DNA of 64,000 bases from Clostridia bacterium (lineage in GTDB: Bacteria > Bacillota > Clostridia > Oscillospirales > Acutalibacteraceae), in assembly GCA_017436815.1 (NCBI GenBank), contig JAFSCI010000038.1, forward strand, positions 2,655-66,654. The letters are read 5' to 3'. The translations under genes and the position numbers were made by a program. This document shows positions 45,876-55,429 of the stretch, in pieces; within the stretch, counting starts at the first letter, position 1; each line of letters starts with the position of its first letter. Under the pieces are notes generated by a model, which was not told where the DNA came from, made no database searches, and worked only from the letters and a program-made list of their open reading frames with translations.

Positions 45876-47531
45876 ATGTATCGTGCTTTGTACCGCAAGT
45901 ATCGTCCTCAGGTTTTTTCGGACGTTGTCGGTCAGGACCATATAACCCAGACTTTAAAAAATCAGTTATCCAGCGGTAAAATTTTCCACGCATACCTTTT
46001 CACAGGTACCAGAGGAACGGGTAAAACCACCTGCGCAAAAATTTTATCCAAAGCGGTAAACTGTCTTAATTTAAAAGACGGCAACCCGTGTGGCGAGTGC
46101 GCCGCCTGCAAAGCCATAGACAGTGGCGAGGTTATGGATATTAACGAAATCGACGCTGCATCCAACAACGGCGTTGATGATATAAGAGAACTCAGAGAGC
46201 GCATTGCCTTCGCTCCGGCCGATTTAAAAAGAAGGGTTTATATTATAGACGAGGTACATATGCTTACCATCCAGGCCTTTAATGCCCTTTTAAAAACACT
46301 TGAAGAGCCGCCTGAGCACGTTGTGTTCATACTTGCCACAACCGAGGTTCATAAATTACCTGCGACAATTCTTTCGCGTTGCCAGAGGTTTGATTTTAAA
46401 AGAATTAACACATCCTCTATGTCAAGCCGCATAAAAACCGTTTGCGAGAGTGAAGGCCTTACCGTCACCGACGATGCATTGCAGCTTATATGCTCTATTG
46501 CCGACGGCGGTATGAGAGATGCTCTGTCTATACTTGATTTATGCTCGGCTAAGGATAAAAATATTACCGAGCAGGTTGTAACCGCCGTTTGCTCAATGGC
46601 GGGAAAAGAGCATTTGGTAACGTTAAGCGAATTTATAGAGCAAAAATCCACTAAAGACGTTTTGGACCTTGTAGATAAGCTTTATGCCGATTCGGTAGAC
46701 ATTCAGCGACTGACATCGGATTTGATTTCGCACTACCGCAATTTGCTTATTGTAAAAACCGTAAATTCTGATTCCTTACCCATAGTATGCTCGGCCGAGC
46801 ATTTGCAGACCTTAAAAGAGCTTGCAAAGAATATGGAGCTCAAATCTATTATGTGGACCTTAAGAGTTTTGTGTGATGCGCTTGCCGCAATGAAAAACTC
46901 CAACGCCCGCTTAGAGTTAGAACTCGCGCTTGTAAGCCTTTGCACTCCGCAAAACAGTGGCGATTTGGGTGCGCTGGAAATGCGCTTATCGGCACTCGAG
47001 CGTAAAATAGCAAACGGCGCAGCGTTTGTGAGCGCCGAGCCTGCACAAAAAGCAGAACCGAAACCCGAGCCTAAGCCCGAGCCAAAACCCGAGACTCAGG
47101 TGGTAGCAAAGGCAGAACCCGACGAGCTGCCCGATGTTGATGATTTACCCCCTCCGCCCGAGGCAGAGGATGAATTACCGCCACCGCCGCCGGAAGCCGA
47201 GGACACTCAGCTTAGTGATGGTGAAACAGTTTACTCCGACTGGGCAAACGTGCTTAGCATACTAAAAACCACAGCCCCCTTAATGCACGCGGCATTGGCG
47301 GGCTCTAAGGCGTATATTAAGGGTGATTTGCTTTTAATCGATGCGCCAAATCCCACATTCCGTAATCTTGTAAAGGGTGAAAACTCCACTTACCGCGATA
47401 GCATTCGCAAAGCGGCCGAGCAGGTGTCGGGCAAGGTTTATAAGCTCGGTCCCTACAATAAAGCGCCAAAGAAAGAAGATATAGCGGCAGACCCGTTAAG
47501 AGCCCTTGCCGAAAAACTAAATAATCTGTAA
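45876..47531 (+). CDS. dnaX: DNA polymerase III subunit gamma/tau
   Basis: YRKYRPQVFSDVVGQDHI, Walker A GTRGTGKTT and DEVHML are present. A Pro/Glu-rich linker contains EPKPEPKPEPKPE and PPPPEAED repeats. Confidence 0.95.
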   Translation: MYRALYRKYRPQVFSDVVGQDHITQTLKNQLSSGKIFHAYLFTGTRGTGKTTCAKILSKAVNCLNLKDGNPCGECAACKAIDSGEVMDINEIDAASNNGVDDIRELRERIAFAPADLKRRVYIIDEVHMLTIQAFNALLKTLEEPPEHVVFILATTEVHKLPATILSRCQRFDFKRINTSSMSSRIKTVCESEGLTVTDDALQLICSIADGGMRDALSILDLCSAKDKNITEQVVTAVCSMAGKEHLVTLSEFIEQKSTKDVLDLVDKLYADSVDIQRLTSDLISHYRNLLIVKTVNSDSLPIVCSAEHLQTLKELAKNMELKSIMWTLRVLCDALAAMKNSNARLELELALVSLCTPQNSGDLGALEMRLSALERKIANGAAFVSAEPAQKAEPKPEPKPEPKPETQVVAKAEPDELPDVDDLPPPPEAEDELPPPPPEAEDTQLSDGETVYSDWANVLSILKTTAPLMHAALAGSKAYIKGDLLLIDAPNPTFRNLVKGENSTYRDSIRKAAEQVSGKVYKLGPYNKAPKKEDIAADPLRALAEKLNNL

Positions 47532-47551
47532 CAGACATAGGAGAAATTATT

Positions 47552-47896
47552 ATGAAGGTACGACTCCCCCAACAAAAAGGCGGCTATAATGATATGATGA
47601 AGGCTGCCCAAAAAATGCAGGAAGATATGCAAAATCTACAGGCCGACCTGGAGCAGCGCGAATATACCGCAACCTCGGGCGGCGGAATGGTTGAGGCAAC
47701 CGTAACGGGCAAGCACGAGATAAAATCGCTCAAAATCAACCCCGAGATTGTTGACCCCGATGACGTAGAAATGCTTGAGGATATGATAATTGCCGCAGTA
47801 AACGAGGCAAACTCTATCGCCGCAAAGACTGCCGATGATGAAATGGGCGCAATTACCAGCGGACTCAATATACCCGGAATGCCGGGAATGTTTTAA
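47552..47896 (+). CDS. ybaB: YbaB/EbfC nucleoid-associated protein
   Basis: MMKAAQKMQEDMQNLQADLE...GGGMVEATVTGKHEI is the typical family pattern. The gene lies in the dnaX-ybaB-recR synteny. Confidence 0.9.
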   Translation: MKVRLPQQKGGYNDMMKAAQKMQEDMQNLQADLEQREYTATSGGGMVEATVTGKHEIKSLKINPEIVDPDDVEMLEDMIIAAVNEANSIAAKTADDEMGAITSGLNIPGMPGMF

Positions 47897-47898
47897 TT

Positions 47899-48498
47899 AT
47901 GGCATATAATTTAGTATCGTTAAACGAGCTTACCGAGCAGTTTGCGAGCCTGCCCGGAATAGGCAAAAAAACCGCCGCAAGACTTGCGTTTCATATGCTG
48001 ACCGCCTCGCCCGAAAAGGCAAAGAGGTTTGCCAACAGCCTTATAAACGCAAGGGAGAAAATTCATTTTTGTTCTGTCTGCCAGGCCCTTACCGAAGAAG
48101 AGCTTTGCCCTGTGTGTTCCGATAAAAAGAGGGATAAAAGCGTTATCTGTGTTGTAGAAGAGCCAATGGACGTTTTGGCCTTTGAAAGAGCCAGGGAGTA
48201 TAACGGTCTTTACCACGTTCTGCACGGCACAATATCTCCGCTTGATGGCATCGGTCCCGACCAGCTCAAAATTCGTGAGCTTTTAAAAAGGGTAGCCGAG
48301 CCCGAGGTAGAGGAGATTATTATTGCCACCAACCCCTCGGTAGAGGGCGAGGCCACCGCGGCGTATCTGGCCCGACTTTTAAAGCAGATGTCGGTTAAGG
48401 TAAGCCGTCTGGGCTTTGGTATACCAATTGGCGGCGCTTTAGAACATACCGATGAAATTACCCTGCAGCGAGCCATAGACGGCCGACAGGAAATTTAA
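47899..48498 (+). CDS. recR: Recombination protein RecR
   Basis: LPGIGKKTAARLAFH (HhH), the C4 zinc finger CSVC...CPVC, and a Toprim domain are present. Confidence 0.95.
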   Translation: MAYNLVSLNELTEQFASLPGIGKKTAARLAFHMLTASPEKAKRFANSLINAREKIHFCSVCQALTEEELCPVCSDKKRDKSVICVVEEPMDVLAFERAREYNGLYHVLHGTISPLDGIGPDQLKIRELLKRVAEPEVEEIIIATNPSVEGEATAAYLARLLKQMSVKVSRLGFGIPIGGALEHTDEITLQRAIDGRQEI

Positions 48499-48560
48499 AA
48501 CAGAAAATATAAAAACAAAAATAATGTCATAATAGTAGTACTCTAAAGGACAGTAAAAAA

Positions 48561-48595
48561 GGAAGCGCGAAATTTTCGTGCTTCCTTTTAGTTTT
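48561..48595. terminator. Terminator after recR (bidirectional)
   Basis: GGAAGCGCG pairs with CGTGCTTCC (one G-U pair), followed by TTTTAGTTTT. Confidence 0.7.
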
Positions 48596-48683
48596 GTCTT
48601 ATACTGTAACAAGCAGAGAAAACGTACGGCACATTTTCCACTTGTTAGGAGAATCTAAAAGCCTTAACCTTGATCATAATTCA

Positions 48684-48728
48684 TATCAGCCTGTGGTGCT
48701 ATGCGCAAACGAGGGAAAAGTTTTGATA
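48684..48728. repeat. Dispersed intergenic repeat, partial copy C
   Basis: ATATCAGCCTGTGGTGCTATGCGCAAACGAGGGAAAAGTTTTGA aligns to the core of copies A and B. Confidence 0.5.
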
Positions 48729-49211
48729 TTAAGGATGTTCCTTTATGGATGTCACAACCCATTGATTATCTTTTTTCTCTAATTCCCATCTGGAAAGAAT
48801 GCCCCAAGAGCCAAAGGTGACTTCGCCATCCTTATCGTACGCTTCACTTGAATATTTTACCCAAATATATCCGCTGTCTCCCGAAAAATTAGCCGCTACA
48901 AATTTTAATTTATGTTTTTCAGTAACAGCTTCATCATCGGTAACGCATAAATATCCTAATTTACCAAAATCTTTCTCGGCAGTTTCATCATTTGTAATTG
49001 TGGACAGTGCATTATCTGCTTCTTTTAGAATTTTTTTAGCAGTTATATAGTCTGATATTGAGGTTGGGTATATAATTTGCTTATATTCATCACCAAAATA
49101 GTCTTTATTGGGAATATAGTTACCAACATAAAGGATAGTAGCTCTTAAACATCCAATAAAAAGCAACATACAAATAGTTATTATGATTATCCTAATTGCT
49201 TTTTTCTTCAT
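48729..49211 (-). CDS. Hypothetical exported or membrane-anchored protein (possible lipoprotein)
   Basis: The N-terminal signal-like segment is MKKKAIRIIIITICMLLFIGC. I recognise no family. Confidence 0.5.
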   Translation of the reverse strand: MKKKAIRIIIITICMLLFIGCLRATILYVGNYIPNKDYFGDEYKQIIYPTSISDYITAKKILKEADNALSTITNDETAEKDFGKLGYLCVTDDEAVTEKHKLKFVAANFSGDSGYIWVKYSSEAYDKDGEVTFGSWGILSRWELEKKDNQWVVTSIKEHP

Positions 49212-49269
49212 ATAATCACCGCCTTGATTTTATTATATCAACAAAATAAAATTTTTGCAAGATACGAAA

Positions 49270-49295
49270 ATCCCCACCGATTTCTCGGTGGGGAT
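49270..49295 (-). terminator. Hairpin ATCCCCACCG-N6-CGGTGGGGAT plus U-run (terminator of the tcdA-like gene)
   Basis: Read directly from the sequence. The arms are identical to those at 28023-28048. Confidence 0.7.
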
Positions 49296-49331
49296 TCGTT
49301 TTGCTTTATAAACCTAATTACTTAGATTCTT

Positions 49332-49420
49332 TAATAGCAGCCTGTGCTGCAATATGACGAGCGATGAGAACAAATTTTGGAACTGTCCTTTAATTGTACG
49401 CCCCTTGTGACCTTTTTTAT
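49332..49420. repeat. Dispersed intergenic repeat, copy B
   Basis: TAATAGCAGCCTGTGCTGC...GATGAGAACAAATTTTGGAACTGTC aligns with copy A. Confidence 0.7.
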
Positions 49421-49422
49421 AT

Positions 49423-50118
49423 CTATTTTTCAATTATATCCCTTATTACCTTTCCGGCAATTATAAGTCCTGCGGTTGAGGGCACGTAAGAAATACTTGC
49501 AGGGGTGAGTCTGTTGCCGTCTACTTTTTCGTTTGCTTTTGGCTCTTCCTCAGAATATACAACGCATAGCTTTTTGATGCCACGTTTTTTAAGCTCGTTT
49601 CTCATAACTCGGGCTAAGGGGCAGACCTTGGTCGAATAAATATCGGCAATCTTAAAGGCGGTGTTATCGAGCTTATTGCCCGTACCCATAGAGCTTATTA
49701 TCGGCACCCCTGCACTTTGGGCGTTAACTATAAGCTCAATTTTTGCCGTTACGGTGTCTATAGCGTCTATTATATAATCGTACTCGGCAAGATTTACTTC
49801 TTTACTGTTTTCGGGTAGATAAAACATAACGAAAGCCCTTGCATCAATATTGGGATTTATCTCCTTTGCGCGCTGAACCGCTACCTCGGCCTTGTTTTGA
49901 CCTACGGTTTTGCTTGTTGCAATTATCTGACGGTTTATGTTGGTTACATCTACGGTGTCTTTATCGAACACGTCAATTCTGCCCACACCGCTGCGAGCCA
50001 GCGCCTCTAAAACGTAGCTGCCCACACCGCCGACGCCAAAAAGAGCTATTTTTGCGTTTTGCAGTTTCTCAAAAGCGTCATCACCTATTAAAGCTGTTGT
50101 TCTGCTGAATTTTTCCAT
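49423..50118 (-). CDS. tcdA: tRNA threonylcarbamoyladenosine dehydratase (ThiF/MoeB-family, TcdA-like)
   Basis: Motifs: IALFGVGGVGSYVLEALARSGVGRIDVFDKDTVDVTNINRQ. It is 231 aa. Confidence 0.75.
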   Translation of the reverse strand: MEKFSRTTALIGDDAFEKLQNAKIALFGVGGVGSYVLEALARSGVGRIDVFDKDTVDVTNINRQIIATSKTVGQNKAEVAVQRAKEINPNIDARAFVMFYLPENSKEVNLAEYDYIIDAIDTVTAKIELIVNAQSAGVPIISSMGTGNKLDNTAFKIADIYSTKVCPLARVMRNELKKRGIKKLCVVYSEEEPKANEKVDGNRLTPASISYVPSTAGLIIAGKVIRDIIEK

Positions 50119-51460
50119 TTTTGTAATCCTTATTATATTTTTTTACCTTGCCCGATAATATGCACACCGCAATTAAATTCGGTATTGCAAGGGCGGCATT
50201 TAAGCCTTCGCCCAGTTTCCACACGAATGCCGATTTAAAAAAGCATCCAAAGGGGATAAGCAGCACGAAAATAAGTTTGTATAAAAATAATGCCGTCTGG
50301 TTTTTACCGGAGGCATATTCTATTGCGTTTGCGCCGTAATAACTCCATACCGCCACGCTCGATACCGCAAAAAGCACCGTTTCGAGCGATAAAAATAGGT
50401 TTGCGCCACTCCCAAGAGTTGCCTCAAACGAGCCAAGCGCCAGCTCAACGCCAATTGGTACGTCTTCGCCTGCCGATAAGGCGGCCAAAAACGATTCGCT
50501 CGAATAAATGCCGCTTGTTAAAACAACAAGTGCGGTAAGGGTGCAGATAAGTATGGTGTCTATAAAAATTTCAAACATACTCCACATACCCATTTGCCTT
50601 GGAGTAGCATTTTCGGTTTGTGAATGTCCGCTTACCGATGAGCCGAGTCCTGCCTCGTTGGAAAATACACCAAAATTTACTCCCTGCCTAATAGCCATCA
50701 TAACGGTGTAACCGACCGTGCCGCCAACAACACTTTTTGTGTTAAAAGCGTGGGAGAAAATCTGCGAAAAAGCGTATGGGACTTTATCAAAATTAAAGGC
50801 TATAACCAAAACGCAGCCCAGAATGTAAAAAAGAGCCATAAAGGGAACCAGCTTTTCGGTAAGACGGCTAAGCGCCTTTAGTCCTCCAAAGGTAATTATT
50901 CCTAAAAATACGGTTAAAAAAAGGGCGGACACAGTTAAAATCTGGTTGGTCTGCGCCTTTATTCCAAGCCCGCGAATCAGCTGTACGGCGCCCAAAGCCG
51001 CACTGTTGGTTTGCACCAAATTACCAATGCCAAATGCCGTAACCGACAGTAAAAGTGCGTACAAAACGGCTATGGGTTTTGAGTTTAGTCCATTTTCCAA
51101 ATAGCACATAGCGCCGCCAACAAACGTACCGTCTTGGGCTTTTTTGCGGTACAAAATTCCCAAAACGTTTTCTGCATAGCCAATGGCCATACTAAAAAGA
51201 GCCGAGCACCACATCCAGAATATAGCGCCCGGTCCCGATAAAGCAATAGCCGTAGCCACACCTGCAATATTGCCCGTGCCAATAGTTGCGGCAAGGCAGT
51301 TACAAAAGGAACTAAACTGTGTTACGGTGTTATTTTTCTTGTCTTTTCTTTTAAAAAGAGAGGCTACACTAAGTACAAGCCATTCTTTTACAGAGGTTAT
51401 TTGTAAAAACGAAAATTTAACCGTCAAATATCCGCCGACAAGAAAAATTATAAAAGACAA
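50081..51460 (-). CDS. Alanine/glycine:sodium symporter (AGCS family)
   Basis: The motif ATIGTGNIAGVATAIALSGPGAIFWMW is present and the protein has about 11 TM helices. Its 3' end overlaps the tcdA start by 38 nt. Confidence 0.85.
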   Translation of the reverse strand: MSFIIFLVGGYLTVKFSFLQITSVKEWLVLSVASLFKRKDKKNNTVTQFSSFCNCLAATIGTGNIAGVATAIALSGPGAIFWMWCSALFSMAIGYAENVLGILYRKKAQDGTFVGGAMCYLENGLNSKPIAVLYALLLSVTAFGIGNLVQTNSAALGAVQLIRGLGIKAQTNQILTVSALFLTVFLGIITFGGLKALSRLTEKLVPFMALFYILGCVLVIAFNFDKVPYAFSQIFSHAFNTKSVVGGTVGYTVMMAIRQGVNFGVFSNEAGLGSSVSGHSQTENATPRQMGMWSMFEIFIDTILICTLTALVVLTSGIYSSESFLAALSAGEDVPIGVELALGSFEATLGSGANLFLSLETVLFAVSSVAVWSYYGANAIEYASGKNQTALFLYKLIFVLLIPFGCFFKSAFVWKLGEGLNAALAIPNLIAVCILSGKVKKYNKDYKNGKIQQNNSFNR

Positions 51461-51476
51461 ACAATATCACTCTACC

Positions 51477-52103
51477 CTATATTTTTTTAGGGCAAATACT
51501 TTCAAGACAGCACTCGTCACATTTCGGATTTCTTGCGTTGCAAACGGCTCTGCCGTGCAAAACCGCTCTGTGACAAAAGTCGTTCGATTCATCCGGCGGG
51601 AGTAATTTCCGCATAGCCGTTTCAACCTTTAGAGGCTCTTTTGTGTTTACAAACCCGAGTCGGTTGCAAAGGCGTATAAAATGGGTGTCGGTAACTATGG
51701 CGGGTTTGCCGTAAACGTCACCGCATATTAAATTTGCCGTTTTTCTGCCCACTCCCGAAAGGGTTGTAAGCTCCTCGATGGTGTCGGGTACAACCGAGCC
51801 GAAGCGCTCGTAAATATCTTTACCAATGCTTATTAAATCTTTAGCCTTGGTTTTGTAAAGACCGCAGGTTTTTATAAGTTGCTCAACCTCGCCCAAATCT
51901 GCCTCCATAAAGCTTTTGGCATCGGGAAAACGAGCAAACAGAGCAGGAGTAACCATATTTACCCTCGCATCTGTGCACTGAGCCGAAAGTCTTGTTGCAA
52001 TAAGCAGCTGGAATGGGTCGGAGTAGTCCAGCGAGCATTTAGCCTCGGGGTACTGCGTCTTTAAAAGTTCTACCGATTTTTTTGCCCGTTCAATACTATT
52101 CAT
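51477..52103 (-). CDS. nth: Endonuclease III
   Basis: LIATRLSAQCTD, HhH-GPD LSGVGRKTANL, and the 4Fe-4S cluster CNARNPKCDECCLESIC are present. Confidence 0.9.
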   Translation of the reverse strand: MNSIERAKKSVELLKTQYPEAKCSLDYSDPFQLLIATRLSAQCTDARVNMVTPALFARFPDAKSFMEADLGEVEQLIKTCGLYKTKAKDLISIGKDIYERFGSVVPDTIEELTTLSGVGRKTANLICGDVYGKPAIVTDTHFIRLCNRLGFVNTKEPLKVETAMRKLLPPDESNDFCHRAVLHGRAVCNARNPKCDECCLESICPKKI

Positions 52104-52113
52104 AAGGCAAAAA

Positions 52114-53172
52114 TTATATGTCTAGTTTAAGGTCGCCGTTCTTTATAAGGCCAAGCTTGCGCATGCCTTCGCTTATAACCAAGCTTAAAACAGCGGGTAA
52201 AATAAAGTGCATTGCAATAATTTCCACTATGGCAACAACGCCTCCGACTTCCGATGCCATTGTCTGATACGCCATAATAGGTCCAACCAGGCCTGCAGTA
52301 CCCATACACGAGCCTGTTGCATTGTTGGTCATATGTAAAACCGCGGTAGAAATCGGTCCTAATATTGCAGATGATATAATTACAGGTAGCCATATAATAG
52401 GCTTTCTTACAATGTTGGGCATCTGAAGCATACTTGTGCCAAGGCCCTGAGCGAGAAGACCGCTTACTTTATTTTCACGGTAGCTTATAACCGCAAAGCC
52501 AATCATATTGGCGCAGCAGCCAACCGTTGCAGCGCCTGCCGCAACACCCGATAAATTAAGCACAACGCCAAGAGCCGCGCTGCTTATGGGCAGAGTTAAA
52601 ATTATACCCATTAAAACCGATACGATTATGCCCATTAAAATGGGTTGTTGCTCGGTGCCCCAGTTGATAATGTTGCCAAGCCAACCCATAAACTGCGAAA
52701 TACGAGGTCCTAAAACAATACCTACCACACTACCCACAGTAATGCAGGTTAAGGGAACGGCAACAATATCCACCTTGGTTTTGCCCGATATTAAATGACC
52801 TATTTCTATGCCGGCATACGCTGCAATAAATGCGCCAAGCGGCTCACCCGGACCCGACAAAACAATTGCGCCCGATGAAAAAACGGTGCCTGAAATAATT
52901 TTAGATGCAAATGCGCCTACCATACCGCAGGTAGCGGCCGAAAGCACAACTAAAGGCGCCTCTTTAAACTTATAAGCAACACCGCAGCCGATGCCCGCGC
53001 CCGTAAGGGCAGAGGCTATTTTCCCTATTACGACAATGGTTTCCCCAATGCCGCCGCCGATAAACGAACCGATCTGGGTAATAATGGTGCCTATAATAAG
53101 AGTACAGAAAAGTCCCAGCGCCATACCCGAGAGTCCGTCAATAAAAATACGGTTTAAATATTTTTTTATCAT
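52114..53172 (-). CDS. PTS EIIC-like multi-pass membrane protein
   Basis: The protein is highly hydrophobic and Gly-rich. The start at 53172 (MIKKYL) follows GAAGGA. The family call is tentative. Confidence 0.45.
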   Translation of the reverse strand: MIKKYLNRIFIDGLSGMALGLFCTLIIGTIITQIGSFIGGGIGETIVVIGKIASALTGAGIGCGVAYKFKEAPLVVLSAATCGMVGAFASKIISGTVFSSGAIVLSGPGEPLGAFIAAYAGIEIGHLISGKTKVDIVAVPLTCITVGSVVGIVLGPRISQFMGWLGNIINWGTEQQPILMGIIVSVLMGIILTLPISSAALGVVLNLSGVAAGAATVGCCANMIGFAVISYRENKVSGLLAQGLGTSMLQMPNIVRKPIIWLPVIISSAILGPISTAVLHMTNNATGSCMGTAGLVGPIMAYQTMASEVGGVVAIVEIIAMHFILPAVLSLVISEGMRKLGLIKNGDLKLDI

Positions 53173-53297
53173 TTTTTTAGTCCTTCGAAAAATAAATAAG
53201 ATATTTATATTATAATACTTTGTCAAAGTTAGTCAAGTAAAGTATAAAGTAAAATTTTAAGATTATAATATTAAAAACTAAGGTGGGAGAGCAAAAT

Positions 53298-54275
53298 ATG
53301 AAAACCATTGCTTTTTTCGATACGAAATCTTACGATAAGCTTTCTTTCAGCGGTCGGGAGAATGATAAATACAGCTTTAAATTTTTCGAGAGCAAACTCA
53401 ATGAGAACACCGTTAGTATGGCGGCCTGCTGCGATGCAGTCTGTGTGTTTGTTAACGATAATATAAACAGGTTTGTTATAGATAAGCTCTGCGAATTTGG
53501 CGTAAAGTTAATAGTCTTACGCTGCGCGGGTTACAACAACGTAGATATTAAATACGCCAAGGGCAAAATTACGGTTTTGCGAGTGCCCGATTATTCGCCC
53601 TACTCTGTAGCCGAGCACACAATGGCGCTGCTTTTAATGTTAAACCGCAAGCTTCACAGAGCATATATAAGAACCAGGGACCACAACTTTTCTTTAGAGG
53701 GTCTTTGCGGGTTCGATTTGCACTCTAAAACGGCGGGAATTATAGGAACCGGCAGAATAGGACGGGTGTTCGGTGAAATCTGCAAGGGCTTTTCTATGAA
53801 TGTTTTAGGCTACGACCCATATCCGAGCAACGAATTTGTCGGCGAGTACGTCGATTTAGATACCCTGCTTAAAACGGCCGACGTAATATCACTACATTGT
53901 CCGCTGACCAAAGAAAACCGATTTTTTATAGACCAGAGCGCAATAGAAAAAATGAAAAACGGCGCATATATTGTAAATACCTCACGAGGTATGCTAATAG
54001 ACACAAAAGCGCTTATTACGGGGCTTAAAAGCGGTAAGATTGCGGGAGCGGGGCTCGACGTTTACGAGGAAGAAACGCATTTGTTTTTTGAGGACTATTC
54101 CGACGAGGTTATTCACGATGACGTGCTCTCTACCATAATATCTATGCCGAACGTAATAGTGTCCTCCCACCAGGCCTTTTTAACAAAAGAGGCGCTAAAG
54201 GACATTGCCGATACCACCCTTTATAATCTCGATAGCTTTTTTGAGGGCAAAGAGCTTAAAAATCAGGTGTTGTAG
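53298..54275 (+). CDS. ldhA: D-isomer-specific 2-hydroxyacid dehydrogenase (D-lactate dehydrogenase-like)
   Basis: The NAD-binding motif is GIIGTGRIGRVF and the Arg/Glu/His residues lie in TSRG...SSHQAF. The start at 53298 (MKTIAFF) is preferred. Confidence 0.8.
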   Translation: MKTIAFFDTKSYDKLSFSGRENDKYSFKFFESKLNENTVSMAACCDAVCVFVNDNINRFVIDKLCEFGVKLIVLRCAGYNNVDIKYAKGKITVLRVPDYSPYSVAEHTMALLLMLNRKLHRAYIRTRDHNFSLEGLCGFDLHSKTAGIIGTGRIGRVFGEICKGFSMNVLGYDPYPSNEFVGEYVDLDTLLKTADVISLHCPLTKENRFFIDQSAIEKMKNGAYIVNTSRGMLIDTKALITGLKSGKIAGAGLDVYEEETHLFFEDYSDEVIHDDVLSTIISMPNVIVSSHQAFLTKEALKDIADTTLYNLDSFFEGKELKNQVL

Positions 54276-54342
54276 GTTGAAAAAATATATCCGTTATGGT
54301 AAAATGATGAAAAATCATTTACTGTAACGGAGTTTTTGTTTT

Positions 54343-54981
54343 ATGACAACACTTTATCTTGTGCGCCACTGCGAAGCCACCGGCAACGTGTTAAAGCAGT
54401 ACCAGGGCTCAATAGATGCCGATATAACCGAAAACGGCGCTAATCAGCTAAAACTTTTATCAAAGCGTTTTGAAAACATTAAGATAGATAAATTTTATTC
54501 CTCACCCCTAAAGCGCGCCCAGCTTACCGCCCGATCGGTAGCCGATAAAAAGGGTATGGACGTAGAAATTGTTAAGGATCTAACCGAAATTGCAGGCGGC
54601 ATTTTTGAGGGTATGACCTTTGAGGAAATATTCAGACTTTACCCTGAGGAAGAAAACAACTGGAATCACCAACCGCATCTTTATAAGTCACCCGAGGGGG
54701 AAAGTATGCGTGCCGTTTACGACAGAGCCGTAAAAGCCATAAACCAAATTATTGCCGATAATAAGGACAAGACCATATTCGTAGCATCACACGGCGGAGT
54801 TATAAGAACGCTTATGTGCTATTTTTTAAAGGTGGATTTTAACAATTTAAACTCTGTCGGCTGGACAAAAAACACAGGCGTTAATATAATTGAAATTGAC
54901 TCTGACGGCAATATAAAGGTAGTAAAGGAGAACTCTTTAGAGCACTTATCGGGCGATATGGTTATAGATAAGATGTTTTAA
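54343..54981 (+). CDS. Histidine phosphatase family protein (phosphoglycerate-mutase-like)
   Basis: Motifs: LYLVRHCEATGN (RHG-type) and SHGGVIR. Confidence 0.8.
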   Translation: MTTLYLVRHCEATGNVLKQYQGSIDADITENGANQLKLLSKRFENIKIDKFYSSPLKRAQLTARSVADKKGMDVEIVKDLTEIAGGIFEGMTFEEIFRLYPEEENNWNHQPHLYKSPEGESMRAVYDRAVKAINQIIADNKDKTIFVASHGGVIRTLMCYFLKVDFNNLNSVGWTKNTGVNIIEIDSDGNIKVVKENSLEHLSGDMVIDKMF

Positions 54982-54996
54982 GGAAAGAGATATAAA

Positions 54997-55416
54997 ATGA
55001 TAATAATGTCGGTAGATTTAGGCAAGGCCCGAACGGGCGTTGCGGTGTCTGATAGCAGTGAGACCTTTGCTTTTCCAAAGGGTGTTATTTTTGAAAAAAA
55101 CAACGAATTTTTAGTGCAAAAAATATGTGATAAAGCCAATGAGCTAAAGGCTCAGCTAATAGTTGTAGGCTACCCCAAAAATATGGACGGTAGTGAGGGC
55201 TCAAGGGCCGAGGAATGCAAAAAAATAGCAGAGCAAATAACCGAAAAAAGCCAAATTGAAACTGTTTTGTGGGATGAACGCTGCACAACGCTTTCGGCCG
55301 CAATTTACCTTAACGCAAACGACGTAAGAGGAAAAAAGCGCAAAGAAACAATAGATACCGAATCGGCCACCATAATTTTAGAGGATTATTTAAGATATCG
55401 CAAAAACAATAAGTAA
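54997..55416 (+). CDS. ruvX: Holliday-junction-resolvase-like nuclease RuvX/YqgF
   Basis: Motifs: SVDLGKARTGVAVSD...VVGYPKNMDGSEG...DERCTT. Confidence 0.85.
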   Translation: MIIMSVDLGKARTGVAVSDSSETFAFPKGVIFEKNNEFLVQKICDKANELKAQLIVVGYPKNMDGSEGSRAEECKKIAEQITEKSQIETVLWDERCTTLSAAIYLNANDVRGKKRKETIDTESATIILEDYLRYRKNNK

Positions 55417-55429
55417 GGAGCTTTTTTAA

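Noticed and set aside
45687-45993. Minus-strand ORFs 45687-45941 and 45793-45993 upstream of dnaX.
   Set aside because: They overlap the SRP RNA gene and the dnaX start. They have no RBS and are explained by the structured RNA on the plus strand.
47040-47210. Short tandem DNA repeats in dnaX (encoding EPKP x3 and PPPPEAED x2), considered as a possible repeat element or slippage site.
   Set aside because: They are in-frame and encode the usual Pro/Glu-rich tau linker. There is no A-run or frameshift heptamer and no spacer-repeat organisation.
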